64,000 bases of DNA from Candidatus Eiseniibacteriota bacterium. Lineage in GTDB: Bacteria; Eisenbacteria; RBG-16-71-46; JABDJR01. Below the pieces are notes generated by a model. That model saw nothing but the letters and a program-made list of their open reading frames with translations, was not told where the DNA came from and made no database searches. The DNA is taken from contig CALOCN010000014.1 of the NCBI GenBank assembly GCA_942491735.1, positions 3,147,534 through 3,211,533 on the forward strand, given 5' to 3'. A program made the position numbers and the translations under genes. Position 1 is the stretch's first letter. Every line of letters starts with the position of its first letter. Shown in pieces: positions 18,633 to 30,069 of this stretch.

Positions 18633-18955
18633 GGCAATCACCCTCTTGATTGGTAGATGGATGGCGGCCACGCGCCTTGAGTCCTGGGGTGTTTGCCTGG
18701 GTGTTGGGGACGGCAGGGCCAAGTAGCCGCCTACGATTTCGAGCACTCTCGCGCTCTCATACACACGCTAGCAAGCGACAGTATGCTCGGCTCTGCCCGG
18801 CTCGCATAGTCCCTTCGTTGTGCTCACGCATAGCGGAGTGTGTTCAGATGGACACCTCCGCCTGTGTCCGCCTGAACACGAGCGCTGGAACCCGCAACGC
18901 AAGCTCCGATCGCAACCAATTGATAGGACACTGATTAGGAAAGCAAACATCTATT

Positions 18956-18971
18956 TGGCCCGACTCCTGCT
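18956..18971 (+). promoter_or_regulatory. candidate sigma-54 (-24/-12) promoter TGGCCCGACTCCTGCT upstream of the TPR and OMP genes
   Basis: GG and GC elements sit at consensus spacing (TGGCAC-N5-TTGC), with one mismatch in each half. It lies ~105 bp upstream of the 19078 ATG, and two sigma-54 activators are encoded in the window. Confidence 0.3.
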
Positions 18972-19077
18972 TTAACCAACTCCCATAGCCCACAACGGGC
19001 CGCTTCGGAGGATCCACTCCGGAGCACACCGAACTTCGGCGACGCGTTCCGGCGCCGGGTTCACGGAGGGAGTCAAC

Positions 19078-20019
19078 ATGTCCAAGTCCACCACCCCCAT
19101 CGAAGCCAACCCCAAGACCGTACGGGCGGTGAGCCTCTCGCTCCTGCTTGGCTCCGGATTCCTCTTTGCCGGTGTCGGCGACGTCGCCGGCACCCAGGAC
19201 CCCGAGGTCCCGCGGACCTCGGACATCGTCTACGACCAGACGCAGCAGTACCCGCTCACTCTCGACGAGGCCATGGAGAGCTACCGGGAAGGCAACTACG
19301 AGGAAGCGCAGCTCTTCTTCTCCGAGTACGTCCGCCTGCGGCCCCAGGTGGCCTGGGGTCACTACATGCTCGGTCTGTGCGCCTGGAAGTCGGGTGACCT
19401 GGAGGCGGCGGAGCAGAGCCTCCTGCGTTCCGCCGAGCTGGGCCCGGAGAACCCCAAGGCCCGCATCAACCTGTGCCGCGTGCTCATGGACGCGGGACGG
19501 CACGAGGAAGCCCTGGATCACTGCCTGCTCGCCCAGGGAACCTGGCCCGAGAACGCCGAGGCGCACCGGGTGGCCGGACGCGCGCATCAGAACCTGGGAC
19601 AGCCCAACGAGGCAATCACCGCCTACCAGCACGCGCTGATCGCGGATCCCGAAGACGCCTGGTCCATGAACAACCTGGGCCTGGTCTACATCCACCAGGG
19701 TCGCTACGAGCAGGCCCTGGAACCGCTCGCCCGCGCCACCGAGCTGCGCAACGAGCCGGTCTTCTACAACAACCTCGGTATTGCTCTCGAACGAAGCGGC
19801 TATCCGGTGGCGGCGCGTGACGCCTATGCCGAAGCGGTGCGGCGCTCCGCGTCCTACACCCGGGCGGAAGACAACTTCAACCGCCTTGAGTCCATGGATG
19901 GATTGGTGTCCGGGGACCCCGGGCTCCCCATCCTCGCCGACCGCTTCGAGACGACCATCGGCACCTGGAGATCCTCCGAGGTGGCCAGTACGAACACCGC
20001 GACCGACTCCGATCGCTGA
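19078..20019 (+). CDS. TPR-repeat protein (secreted or membrane-anchored)
   Basis: 313 aa with an N-terminal hydrophobic segment and at least five TPR-like repeats (AWGHYMLGLC..., AEAHRVAGRAH..., AWSMNNLGLVY...). Confidence 0.7.
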   Translation: MSKSTTPIEANPKTVRAVSLSLLLGSGFLFAGVGDVAGTQDPEVPRTSDIVYDQTQQYPLTLDEAMESYREGNYEEAQLFFSEYVRLRPQVAWGHYMLGLCAWKSGDLEAAEQSLLRSAELGPENPKARINLCRVLMDAGRHEEALDHCLLAQGTWPENAEAHRVAGRAHQNLGQPNEAITAYQHALIADPEDAWSMNNLGLVYIHQGRYEQALEPLARATELRNEPVFYNNLGIALERSGYPVAARDAYAEAVRRSASYTRAEDNFNRLESMDGLVSGDPGLPILADRFETTIGTWRSSEVASTNTATDSDR

Positions 20020-20105
20020 GCTTCCTCGAGAGCAACCCCCCGGGTCCTTCCGCCTTCGGGCGGGGGGGCCCGGTCTTTTTGAAACCCGTTACCAAGGAGG
20101 AACCC

Positions 20106-20579
20106 ATGCGAAGCCGAATTTTCCGCCGAGCCTTATCGATATCCACCCTGGCCGCGGCGTTGAGCCTTCCCGTCGTTGCCCACGCGCATCCCTTCGGTCT
20201 GGGAGTGATGGTCGGTGAGCCCACCGGGCTCTCCGGGAAGCAGTGGCTTGGTTCCCACTCCGCGGTCGACTTCGGGGCCTCGTGGGCCCTGGAGAAGAAC
20301 GAGAACCTGCACCTGCACGCCGACTACCTCTGGCACTCGGCCGGGTTCATCAGCTCATCCGAACCCGAGCTGGGAGCGTACATCGGAGTGGGAGGGCGCG
20401 TGCTCTTCCTGGAGAACTCGGAGGACCGGATCGGGGTCCGGGTGCCCCTGGGAGTGAGCTATCAGTTCTCACAGAACCGATTCGAGCTGTTCTTCGAGGT
20501 GGCTCCGGTCGTGGACCTGGTCCCCGATACCGAGACCGACCTCGGGGGCGGGATCGGGCTCCGCTACCAGTTCCGGTAG
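20106..20579 (+). CDS. small outer-membrane beta-barrel protein (signal peptide, alternating hydrophobic strands)
   Basis: MRSRIFRRALSISTLAAALSLPVVAHA is a signal peptide, followed by amphipathic beta-strand patterning and a C-terminal LRYQFR. An alternative start lies at 20079. Confidence 0.55.
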   Translation: MRSRIFRRALSISTLAAALSLPVVAHAHPFGLGVMVGEPTGLSGKQWLGSHSAVDFGASWALEKNENLHLHADYLWHSAGFISSSEPELGAYIGVGGRVLFLENSEDRIGVRVPLGVSYQFSQNRFELFFEVAPVVDLVPDTETDLGGGIGLRYQFR

Positions 20580-20635
20580 GGGGGACACCGGGCTTCGCCG
20601 CCGTGCGGCGCACCTCCCGGGTACACTCGTGCCCC

Positions 20636-20668
20636 GACGCGCCCGGGGGGGTGCAGAGGCCTCGGCCA
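20636..20668. terminator. GC-rich hairpin between convergent OMP and carB genes (candidate bidirectional terminator)
   Basis: GAGGCCTCGGCCAAACGGCCGGGGCCTC is an inverted repeat followed by ATTCTATTC. Confidence 0.35.
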
Positions 20669-20686
20669 AACGGCCGGGGCCTCATT

Positions 20687-23600
20687 CTATTCGCTGCCTA
20701 CCTTGACCGGTCTCGCTTCCCCCATGCTCTGCAACGCCCGCACCTGGAACCCGCCCTTGAGAATCGCCTCGATCCCGCACACCGCCGCCGCCGCCCCGGG
20801 GAGCGTGGTCACGCAGGGCACACCCTGTTCCATGGCGGCAAGGCGGATCACCCGGTCGTCGGACTTGGACTTGCGACCCAGGGGGGTGTTGAGCACGAGG
20901 TGGACCTTGCCGTCGCGGATCATGTCCACCGCGGTCGGGCTGCCCTCCCCGACCTTGTGGATGGCGGTCACCGGGACGCCGTTCATGCGCAGGAACCGCT
21001 CCGTGCCCTCGGTCGCGACCAGATCGAACTGCATTGAAACAAGCTGCTTGGCCAGGAACACCACCGCACGTTTGTCCGCGTCGCGCACGGAGAGAAACAC
21101 GGTGCCGCTGGTGGGAAGCGGCTCCCCTGCCGCGGCCTGGGCCTTGGCGTACGCTTCGCCGAAGTCCGCCCCGGTGCCCATCACTTCTCCGGTCGACTTC
21201 ATCTCCGGGCCCAGGAGGGTGTCCTCGCCGGGAAAGCGGTCGAATGGGAGCACCGGTTTCTTGACGCTGACCAGGTCGCGGCGGGACATGGTTTCGGGGG
21301 TGTCCTTCAGCGACCCACCCAGGAGCGCCTTCACGGCAAGAGGAACCAGCGGAATCCCCGCCGCCTTGCTCACGAAGGGCACGGTGCGGGACGCACGCGG
21401 GTTGGCCTCGATGATGTAGATCGCATCCCCCTTCACCGCGTACTGCACGTTGATGAGACCACACACCTTGAACGCCCGCGCCAGTTGTGCCGTCATGTCC
21501 TTGAGGAGCTGCTCGGTGGTCGCGCCAATGCTGTAGGGCGGGGTGAGGCAGGAACTGTCCCCCGAATGCACGCCGGCTTCCTCGATGTGCTCCAGCACCG
21601 CGCCCACGATGACCGTCTTGCCGTCGCTCACCGCGTCAACGTCCAGTTCCACCGCGTCCTCCAGGAACGCGTCGAGCAGCACCGGCGCCTGGGGAGAGAT
21701 GGTGATGCCCTCGGCGATGAGGAGTTCCAGTTCCGTGCGGGCATAGATCGTGCGCATCCCCTGGCCGCCCAGGACGAACGAAGGACGGACCAGCACCGGG
21801 TAGCCAATCCGCTCCGCCTCCTGGATGAGGTCTTCGCGCCGGGTGGCGATGCGGCTCCTGGGCTGGGTGAGCCCCAGGCGCTGGATGAGCGCCCGGAAGG
21901 TGTCCCGGTTCTCGGCGTCGTCGATGGCCTGGGGCTGGGTTCCCAGGATGGGGATACGGGCCCGCTCGATGGGCCGGGCCAGCTTGAGCGGGGTCTGTCC
22001 GCCGAACTGCAACACCACCCCGCCCGGTCGCTCCTTCTCCAGCACGTTGAGGACATGTTCCTCGGTGAGCGGCTCGAAATAGAGCCGGTCGCTGACGTCG
22101 TAATCGGTGGAGACGGTCTCGGGGTTGGAGTTGATGAAGATGACGGGACGCCCGGAGGCCCGGATGGACTGGGCCGCCTGGACACAGCAGTAGTCGAACT
22201 CCACCCCCTGGCCAATGCGGTTGGGGCCGGAGCCCAGGACCGCCACCGCGCTCTCGCCCAGGGGTTCCCCCTCGTCCTCGGACTCGTAGGTGGAGTAGAA
22301 GTACGGGGTCTCGGCCGGGAACTCCGCGGCGCAGGTGTCCACCGCCTTGAAGGTGGGGCGCACGTCGAGGCGGAGCCGCAGGGCGCGAACGTCCGGTTCG
22401 GGAAGGTCGATGAGCCCGGCAATCCACGCGTCGGTGAGCCCCTGGCGCTTGGCCCGCCGCATGAGCGTCGCCGCGGCTTCCGTGTCGTTGGCCTTGAGCA
22501 GCTTGGGCAAGCGAGTGCGGATGGCCTGTTCCGTGGCGATGATCTCGGCCATGCGATCCAGGAACCACAGGTCCACCCCGGTGAGGTCCGCCAGTTGCTG
22601 TGGGGTGTGTCCGCGGCGCAGGGCGTGGAGAAGCAGGAACGGTCGTCGCCAGGTGGGCCGGGCCAGGTTCGCGTCATCCAGGGCACCCCGAGTGAACGCG
22701 GTGCCGCTGATCAAGGTGTCCACGTTGTCGATCTCGAGGCTCACCAGGGCCTTGATATAGGCCTCGGTGAAGGTACGACCAATGGCCATGACCTCCCCCA
22801 CCGACTTCATGCGCGTGGTCAGAGTGTCGTCGGCGAGAGGGAACTTGTTGAAGTTCCAGCGCGGGACCTTCACCACCACATAGTCCAGGCTGGGCTCGAA
22901 GCAGGCGGGGGTGACCCGGGTGATGTCGTTGGGAATGGCATCGAGCGTCTCGCCGCTGGCCAGACGGGCTGCGATCTTGGCGATGGGAAACCCGGTCGCC
23001 TTGCTGGCCAGGGCGCTGGAGCGGGAGACCCGCGGGTTCATCTCGATGATGACGATGCGCCCGTCCCTGGGGTTGAGGCCGAACTGGACGTTGGAGCCGC
23101 CGGTGTCGACCCCTACCGCGCGCAGGGTTTCCAGCGAGTAGTCGCGCAGGCGTTGGTACTCGCGGTCCGTGAGGGTCTGGATAGGGGCCACGGTGACCGA
23201 GTCCCCGGTGTGTACCCCCATGGGGTCCAGGTTCTCGATCCCGCACACGATGACCGCGTTGTCCGCGCCGTCCCGCATGACCTCGAGCTCGAACTCCTTC
23301 CAGCCGGTGAGGTCCTCCTCGATGAGCACGGTGGAAACCGGCGAGAGACGCAGGGCATCCTTGGTGATGCGGGTCAGTTCGTCGTGGTTGGTGGCGCGTC
23401 CGCCCCCCGCTCCGCCCAGGGTGAAGCTGGGACGGAGGATGACCGGGAAGCCGATCTCGTTGGCGAGTCGGGTTGCTTCTTCCAGGGAACGGGCGAACCC
23501 GGATTCGGGGAGAGGAATGCCGGCCTCGCGCATGGTGTCGCGGAAACGATCCCGGTCTTCGGCCTTCTGGATCGCTTCCGGCGTGGCGCCGATCATCTTG

Positions 23601-23920
23601 ACGTTGAGTTTGTCGAGGGTCCCCTGCTCGGCGAGGGTGATGGCCACGTTGAGCGCGGTCTGCCCACCGAGGGTAGGGAGCAGAAGGTCGATGTTCTCCT
23701 GCTCGAGGATCTTCGCCACCACGTCCGGGGTGATGGGCTCGATGTAGGTCCGGTCCGCCACCTCCGGGTCGGTCATGATGGTGGCCGGGTTGGAATTGAC
23801 GAGAACCACGCGGAAGCCCCGCTCGCGGAGCACGCGACAAGCCTGGGTGCCGGAGTAGTCGAACTCGCAGGCCTGGCCAATGACGATCGGGCCGGAGCCG
23901 AGGAGGAGAATGGATGTCAT
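20687..23920 (-). CDS. carB: carbamoyl-phosphate synthase large subunit
   Basis: 1077 aa with two ATP-grasp halves, a CPSase oligomerisation domain and a C-terminal MGS-like domain. It begins [24 protein letters not shown]. Confidence 0.95.
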   Translation of the reverse strand: MTSILLLGSGPIVIGQACEFDYSGTQACRVLRERGFRVVLVNSNPATIMTDPEVADRTYIEPITPDVVAKILEQENIDLLLPTLGGQTALNVAITLAEQGTLDKLNVKMIGATPEAIQKAEDRDRFRDTMREAGIPLPESGFARSLEEATRLANEIGFPVILRPSFTLGGAGGGRATNHDELTRITKDALRLSPVSTVLIEEDLTGWKEFELEVMRDGADNAVIVCGIENLDPMGVHTGDSVTVAPIQTLTDREYQRLRDYSLETLRAVGVDTGGSNVQFGLNPRDGRIVIIEMNPRVSRSSALASKATGFPIAKIAARLASGETLDAIPNDITRVTPACFEPSLDYVVVKVPRWNFNKFPLADDTLTTRMKSVGEVMAIGRTFTEAYIKALVSLEIDNVDTLISGTAFTRGALDDANLARPTWRRPFLLLHALRRGHTPQQLADLTGVDLWFLDRMAEIIATEQAIRTRLPKLLKANDTEAAATLMRRAKRQGLTDAWIAGLIDLPEPDVRALRLRLDVRPTFKAVDTCAAEFPAETPYFYSTYESEDEGEPLGESAVAVLGSGPNRIGQGVEFDYCCVQAAQSIRASGRPVIFINSNPETVSTDYDVSDRLYFEPLTEEHVLNVLEKERPGGVVLQFGGQTPLKLARPIERARIPILGTQPQAIDDAENRDTFRALIQRLGLTQPRSRIATRREDLIQEAERIGYPVLVRPSFVLGGQGMRTIYARTELELLIAEGITISPQAPVLLDAFLEDAVELDVDAVSDGKTVIVGAVLEHIEEAGVHSGDSSCLTPPYSIGATTEQLLKDMTAQLARAFKVCGLINVQYAVKGDAIYIIEANPRASRTVPFVSKAAGIPLVPLAVKALLGGSLKDTPETMSRRDLVSVKKPVLPFDRFPGEDTLLGPEMKSTGEVMGTGADFGEAYAKAQAAAGEPLPTSGTVFLSVRDADKRAVVFLAKQLVSMQFDLVATEGTERFLRMNGVPVTAIHKVGEGSPTAVDMIRDGKVHLVLNTPLGRKSKSDDRVIRLAAMEQGVPCVTTLPGAAAAVCGIEAILKGGFQVRALQSMGEARPVKVGSE

Positions 23921-24783
23921 GGGGACTCAAGCCCCTTTCTCAGAAGACTCATGTCGGCGGTGCGGTGAATCATATGCCTCGACGAGGCAATGACCTTCAA
24001 TGCGTAGTCTAGGCCGAAACACCGAGCGAACGCTTCCCCAGTATCACTCACGGCAACACAAGCTACATAAGCAGTTTCCGCTGCCAGCTCCGGATTCGGA
24101 AGCAAGTTGACCACTCCTGACTGAGGAGACTGCCTTATTGAGTAGCCCTCCCTCATCCCAAAGGCCGTCCGATGGAGGATCGCCGAAGCAATTGGGCCTA
24201 GCTTCCTAAACGTCATGCTCCGTAGCGGCGCCTCATCTGGATAGGACTTGTCCATTTCATCAACGAGGTTTGCAATCTCGTGCGCGTAGTACTTGGGTTT
24301 GAGGTCATTGGCCTGGAGCCACTTGCTTGCTGCCGCACCCTTTTGCTTCAACTCGCTCAGAACAGCTTTGGGGAACTGTCTATAGCCGCCCTCCGCCGCG
24401 AGCTTGTTGAGGCTTTGGGCCAAGTTGAGCGTCTGGACTGCCCCAGAGCAAGAGTATCTCTCAACTTCTTCGTCTCCACACTTACCTAAGTGCCAAGCGT
24501 GGACACTCCCCTCAAACAGGCTACGCAGTAGGCCATGGGCATCGGCAAACCGTCCGGATGACTGGAGCAATCGGATAGAGTCAAACGTAAAATACTGCGA
24601 TACGAACAACTCTCGAACGAGGTTCTGCCTTAACGTCGCAGAGCCAATTGCCAGATCCACCTGTGAAGACCACCCCTCCATGGCCTCCTTTAGCCAATCG
24701 CATACACGCACCCAAGGTTTGAACTCTTCTGCCGTTTCTCTCCAACGCTTCTCGGTGATCACCCGATAGTCTCTAGTCAACAT
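23917..24783 (-). CDS. hypothetical protein of unknown family, encoded in a visibly lower-GC (~50%) segment between carA and carB
   Basis: The long minus-strand ORF starts at [12 protein letters not shown] (288 aa). Its start overlaps the carA 3' end by 11 bp, and its TGA overlaps the carB ATG (ATGA). The composition differs sharply from flanking genes, and I recognise no known domain. Confidence 0.65.
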   Translation of the reverse strand: MLTRDYRVITEKRWRETAEEFKPWVRVCDWLKEAMEGWSSQVDLAIGSATLRQNLVRELFVSQYFTFDSIRLLQSSGRFADAHGLLRSLFEGSVHAWHLGKCGDEEVERYSCSGAVQTLNLAQSLNKLAAEGGYRQFPKAVLSELKQKGAAASKWLQANDLKPKYYAHEIANLVDEMDKSYPDEAPLRSMTFRKLGPIASAILHRTAFGMREGYSIRQSPQSGVVNLLPNPELAAETAYVACVAVSDTGEAFARCFGLDYALKVIASSRHMIHRTADMSLLRKGLESP

Positions 24784-25972
24784 TGAGCTCGATTCCAATG
24801 ATCCCCCGCGCATCCATCGGCCCAGCACACGCCTCCGGATGAAACTGCACCGCCTGAATCCGCAGCTCCGGCACCGCAAACCCTTCGCAGGTCTCATCGT
24901 TCAAGCTCACGTGCGTCAACTGCGGCGCCGTCTGCACATCCCCGCCCAACGCAGCGCCCAACGAGTCCCCGTCCACGGCAAAGCCGTGGTTCTGGCTCGT
25001 CACCATGACCCTTCCTGTGCGCAGGTCCTTCACCGGGTGGTTGATCCCGTGGTGGCCGAACTTCATCTTGTAGGTCTTGGCCCCCAGCGCCAGCGCCAAC
25101 ACCTGATGGCCCAGGCAGATTCCCAGGATGGGCAGCTTGCCGAACAGCCCCGGCAGGGTCCGGATCAGCGTCGCCACGTCCACGGGGTCGCCCGGTCCGT
25201 TGGAGAGCAACAACCCATCCGGCTCCCCGGCCAGGATCTCCTCGGCGCTCGCGTTCGGGGTCACCAGACGCACCTTGGCCCCACGCCGCCGCAACGCCTG
25301 ATCGATCCCCTCCTTCATGCCGCAGTGCACCACCACAATGCGCTTGCCTGCAAGCGATGCCCCATCCGCCAGAGGAAACTCGTCGGCCAGCTCGGGTGGC
25401 GCGGCGTTCACCACCGCGTCCAACCCTTCAAACCCGGTCATGCTCTCCGTAGGCGCCACCTCATCCACCAGGTTTCGCCCGCTCAACCCCGGAAACGCAC
25501 GCACCCGTGCCAAGGCAACTTCGGCATCCACGCTCTGCGGCACCATCACCCCGCGCAATGCTCCGGCGGTACGGATGTGGCGGGTCAATGCCCGCGTGTC
25601 GACCTCGGTCAAACAGGGAATCCCATGCTCCCGGAGAAACTCCGGCAACGAACCCTCGCTGCGCCAGTTGCTGGGCGACTCGCACAGGTCCCGGCACACG
25701 ATCCCGGCCAACGCCGGTTCCGGCGCCTCGTCGTCCTGACGGTTGGCCCCCACGTTACCGATGTGCGGCGCGGTGAAGGTGACGATCTGCCCGCGGTACG
25801 ACGGGTCGGTGATCACTTCCTGGTAACCGGTCATCCCGGTCTGGAAAACCACCTCGCCGATGCCCGGTTCCTCGTTGCGCTGGGTCAAGCCTTCCGGGAC
25901 CGCCCCGGCCAGGCGCCCCGCGAATCGGCGACCGTCTTCCAGGATGAGATACCCGGCGTTCGTCCCGCTCAT
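24773..25972 (-). CDS. carA: carbamoyl-phosphate synthase small (glutamine amidotransferase) subunit
   Basis: 399 aa with a CPSase small-chain N-domain and a GATase catalytic triad region (GICLGHQ ... HGFAV). Confidence 0.95.
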   Translation of the reverse strand: MSGTNAGYLILEDGRRFAGRLAGAVPEGLTQRNEEPGIGEVVFQTGMTGYQEVITDPSYRGQIVTFTAPHIGNVGANRQDDEAPEPALAGIVCRDLCESPSNWRSEGSLPEFLREHGIPCLTEVDTRALTRHIRTAGALRGVMVPQSVDAEVALARVRAFPGLSGRNLVDEVAPTESMTGFEGLDAVVNAAPPELADEFPLADGASLAGKRIVVVHCGMKEGIDQALRRRGAKVRLVTPNASAEEILAGEPDGLLLSNGPGDPVDVATLIRTLPGLFGKLPILGICLGHQVLALALGAKTYKMKFGHHGINHPVKDLRTGRVMVTSQNHGFAVDGDSLGAALGGDVQTAPQLTHVSLNDETCEGFAVPELRIQAVQFHPEACAGPMDARGIIGIELNVD

Positions 25973-26256
25973 CGGCTCACCGGCTCCGTCTCGAACCGCT
26001 CGGCAAAGCGTTCAATCAACGGCTTCCCCCGCTCGATCGCTTCCCGGACCGAGGCCAGCCCCAACGACTCGGTGTGGTGCTCCCGGCTCTCCCAGACCTC
26101 GGTGATCCAGATCCCCTTGGGGTCTCCAGGATCCCGCGCGATCACGTAGCTCTTGCAACCGGGCATCACGAGCGTTCCCTCGACCAGAATCCGGATCAGC
26201 GTGTCCCGGTCGCCGTCGCCGCCGGTGCAGATCAAACGGCTGATCAATCCGTACAT
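25969..26256 (-). CDS. ABM-domain (antibiotic-biosynthesis-monooxygenase-like) small protein
   Basis: 95 aa. PGCKSYVIARDPGDPKGIWITEVWESREHHTESL matches the ABM ferredoxin-like fold pattern. Its stop overlaps the carA start. Confidence 0.6.
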   Translation of the reverse strand: MYGLISRLICTGGDGDRDTLIRILVEGTLVMPGCKSYVIARDPGDPKGIWITEVWESREHHTESLGLASVREAIERGKPLIERFAERFETEPVSR

Positions 26257-26295
26257 CGTCGCCCTCTCCTCGCGCTTTGGAACCTGTGCAATTTG

Positions 26296-26371
26296 TCCAC
26301 CCGGGTGGACTCACAACCCTCAGGGGTTGTTTTTACTTTACCCGGGTAAACGCACAACCCGATTCGGTTGT
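26296..26371. repeat. tandem 41-bp composite palindrome unit (A: xxACCCGGGTxx; B: ACAACC-N6-GGTTGT), two copies
   Basis: TCCACCCGGGTGGA (26296-26309), ACAACCCTCAGGGGTTGT (26313-26330), TTTACCCGGGTAAA (26337-26350) and ACAACCCGATTCGGTTGT (26354-26371). Like elements repeat at exactly 41 bp, inside the intergenic gap between the membrane-protein gene and the ABM gene. Confidence 0.6.
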
Positions 26372-26383
26372 ACCCAAACCCCC

Positions 26384-26815
26384 TCACTCCTTCACCCTTC
26401 CTCCCCACAGAAACGCCACCAGCCACACCGCCGCGGTCGCCATCAGCTGATAGAACGGCATGAACACCACCGCCACCCCCGACTGGGCATCCGGCGCAAT
26501 CACGAACGCACTCCAATACACGAACAAACCGGCCAGGGCGATCAGCACCGTCCCCACGTAGATCACCCGCACCCGCCGCGCGTTGAGCTTCGCCCAGCGC
26601 GACATGCGAAACAGCACCGTGTAGGGCAACACGCCCCAGGCCATGAACACGACCAGGGTCACCCAGCGCCCCTCGCTCGCGTTCTCGAGCCCTGCCCACA
26701 GGAGCAGCGCCAGCGTCCCGATCATGGACACCCCCAACACCACCCGCGTCCAGCGCTGCACCTTCTCGGGGCCGCTGAGCATCGCCGTCCGTGCGCTTCC
26801 GATCACCGGTTCCAA
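26384..26815 (-). CDS. small integral membrane protein (4 predicted TM helices), unknown function
   Basis: 143 aa and hydrophobic throughout. It is embedded between pyrC and the ABM/carA genes. Confidence 0.55.
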   Translation of the reverse strand: MEPVIGSARTAMLSGPEKVQRWTRVVLGVSMIGTLALLLWAGLENASEGRWVTLVVFMAWGVLPYTVLFRMSRWAKLNARRVRVIYVGTVLIALAGLFVYWSAFVIAPDAQSGVAVVFMPFYQLMATAAVWLVAFLWGGRVKE

Positions 26816-26843
26816 TTACCCTGCCGTGCGAGCCGCAATACCC

Positions 26844-28208
26844 TCACGAACCCACCGTTTCCATCCGCCCCTTGGGCGTCACGCTCCCGTGGGCAAACAC
26901 CATGCGCCCGGCCGACACCGTGGCCACCGGCAGCCCGGTCAGGGTCTGCCCCACCCACGGACAATTCCGCGACCGGCTCACGAAGTCCCGCGCCCCCACT
27001 TCCCAGGTCGCTTCAAGGTCCAGCACCGTCACATCCGCCGGCCCCCGGTCCCGCAACACCCCGTGGTCCAGATCCAACACTCCCGCGGCGCCGGTCGACA
27101 TCGCCTTGACCAGCGTGGCCAGATCCACCTCGCCGGTCTTCACCAAACCCGTGTGCAACGCCGCGAACGCGGTCTCGGTTCCGATCACCCCGTTGGGGGC
27201 CTCGTCAAACGTGACGTCCTTCGAGATCTCGTTGTGCGGCGCATGGTCGGTGGCGATCGAGGCAATCGTCCCGTCCCTCAGCCCCGCCACCAATGCCTCG
27301 CGATCGCTCGCTTCACGCAACGGCGGCGCCATCTTGAAGTGCGGGTCGTAGGTGGCAAGATCCGCGTCGGTGAACACCAGATGATGCGGCGTCACCTCAC
27401 CGGTGACCCGCAGCCCCTTGGCCTGGGCCTCACGGATCATCTCCACCGAACGCCGACAGGACAGATGCGCCACGTGCAACCGCCCCCCGGTGTGCTCGAC
27501 CAAGCAGATGTCCCGCGCCACGATTACCTCTTCCGTCGCCCGCGGAATGGGCCGGAGTCCCATCTTGGTCGACATGAACCCTTCGTGGGCCACGCCGGTC
27601 CCCTTGAGACACAGGTCCTCGGCATGACAGACAATCACCTTGTCCAGCATCCCGGCGTACTCCAGGGCCCGGCGCATGAGGTTGGCGTCCATGATGGTGT
27701 GCCCGTCATCCGAGAACGCCACCGCCCCCGCCGCGGCGAGGTCGAACATCTCGGTCAGCTCCCCACCGGCCAGCCCCTTGCTCACCGCGGCGATCGGATA
27801 CACCCGGGCCAGCCCCGCTTCCCGCGCCCGCTCCAGGACAAACCGCACCGACTGCGGATCGTCGATGGGCGGCTGGGTGTTGGCCATGCTGGCCACCGCC
27901 ACGAACCCGCCCCGAGCCGCGGCCGCGGTGCCGCTGGCAATGGTCTCCGAGTCCTCGGACCCCGGCTCGCGCAGGTGCACATGGATGTCCACGAACCCCG
28001 GCGCGGCCACCCGACCCGGCAGGTCAAACACCTGGGCGCTCTCGGGGATGTCCCCTTCGCTGATGAAGTGCAACACGCCGTCCTTGATCAGCAGGTCCTG
28101 CCGCGCCCGCACGCCGGTCTCCGGATCGAGTACGTCGATTCCGGTCAACGCGAACGGACGATCCCTGGAGTCCCGAACCGCCACCCGCTGTGCTTCCCAT
28201 CGTTCCAT
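26844..28208 (-). CDS. pyrC: dihydroorotase
   Basis: 454 aa with the amidohydrolase metal-binding motifs DIHVHLREPG and ...DHAPH.... Confidence 0.9.
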   Translation of the reverse strand: MERWEAQRVAVRDSRDRPFALTGIDVLDPETGVRARQDLLIKDGVLHFISEGDIPESAQVFDLPGRVAAPGFVDIHVHLREPGSEDSETIASGTAAAARGGFVAVASMANTQPPIDDPQSVRFVLERAREAGLARVYPIAAVSKGLAGGELTEMFDLAAAGAVAFSDDGHTIMDANLMRRALEYAGMLDKVIVCHAEDLCLKGTGVAHEGFMSTKMGLRPIPRATEEVIVARDICLVEHTGGRLHVAHLSCRRSVEMIREAQAKGLRVTGEVTPHHLVFTDADLATYDPHFKMAPPLREASDREALVAGLRDGTIASIATDHAPHNEISKDVTFDEAPNGVIGTETAFAALHTGLVKTGEVDLATLVKAMSTGAAGVLDLDHGVLRDRGPADVTVLDLEATWEVGARDFVSRSRNCPWVGQTLTGLPVATVSAGRMVFAHGSVTPKGRMETVGS

Positions 28209-28265
28209 CTTGCTCTCCTCGTTCGGGCGTGCGCCGTGCGCCGCGCCGTCAAAGTGTTCGGGAAT

Positions 28266-29997
<1,732 letters not shown>

Positions 29998-30069
29998 TTA
30001 AAGGTGGTCTCTGTCGGGCAGGAATGTAGCAGGCGGGTCACCGGACGGGCAAGTAGGTAGAATGGGCGC

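Noticed and set aside
21485-23968. 827-aa plus-strand ORF antisense to carB.
   Set aside because: It is a shadow ORF of carB, with Arg/Gly/Pro-rich low-complexity translation. carB on the minus strand has unmistakable CPSase motifs.
24404-24769. 121-aa plus-strand ORF inside the low-GC insert.
   Set aside because: It is shorter than the 288-aa minus-strand ORF covering the same DNA and overlaps it entirely, with no ribosome-binding site or motif support.
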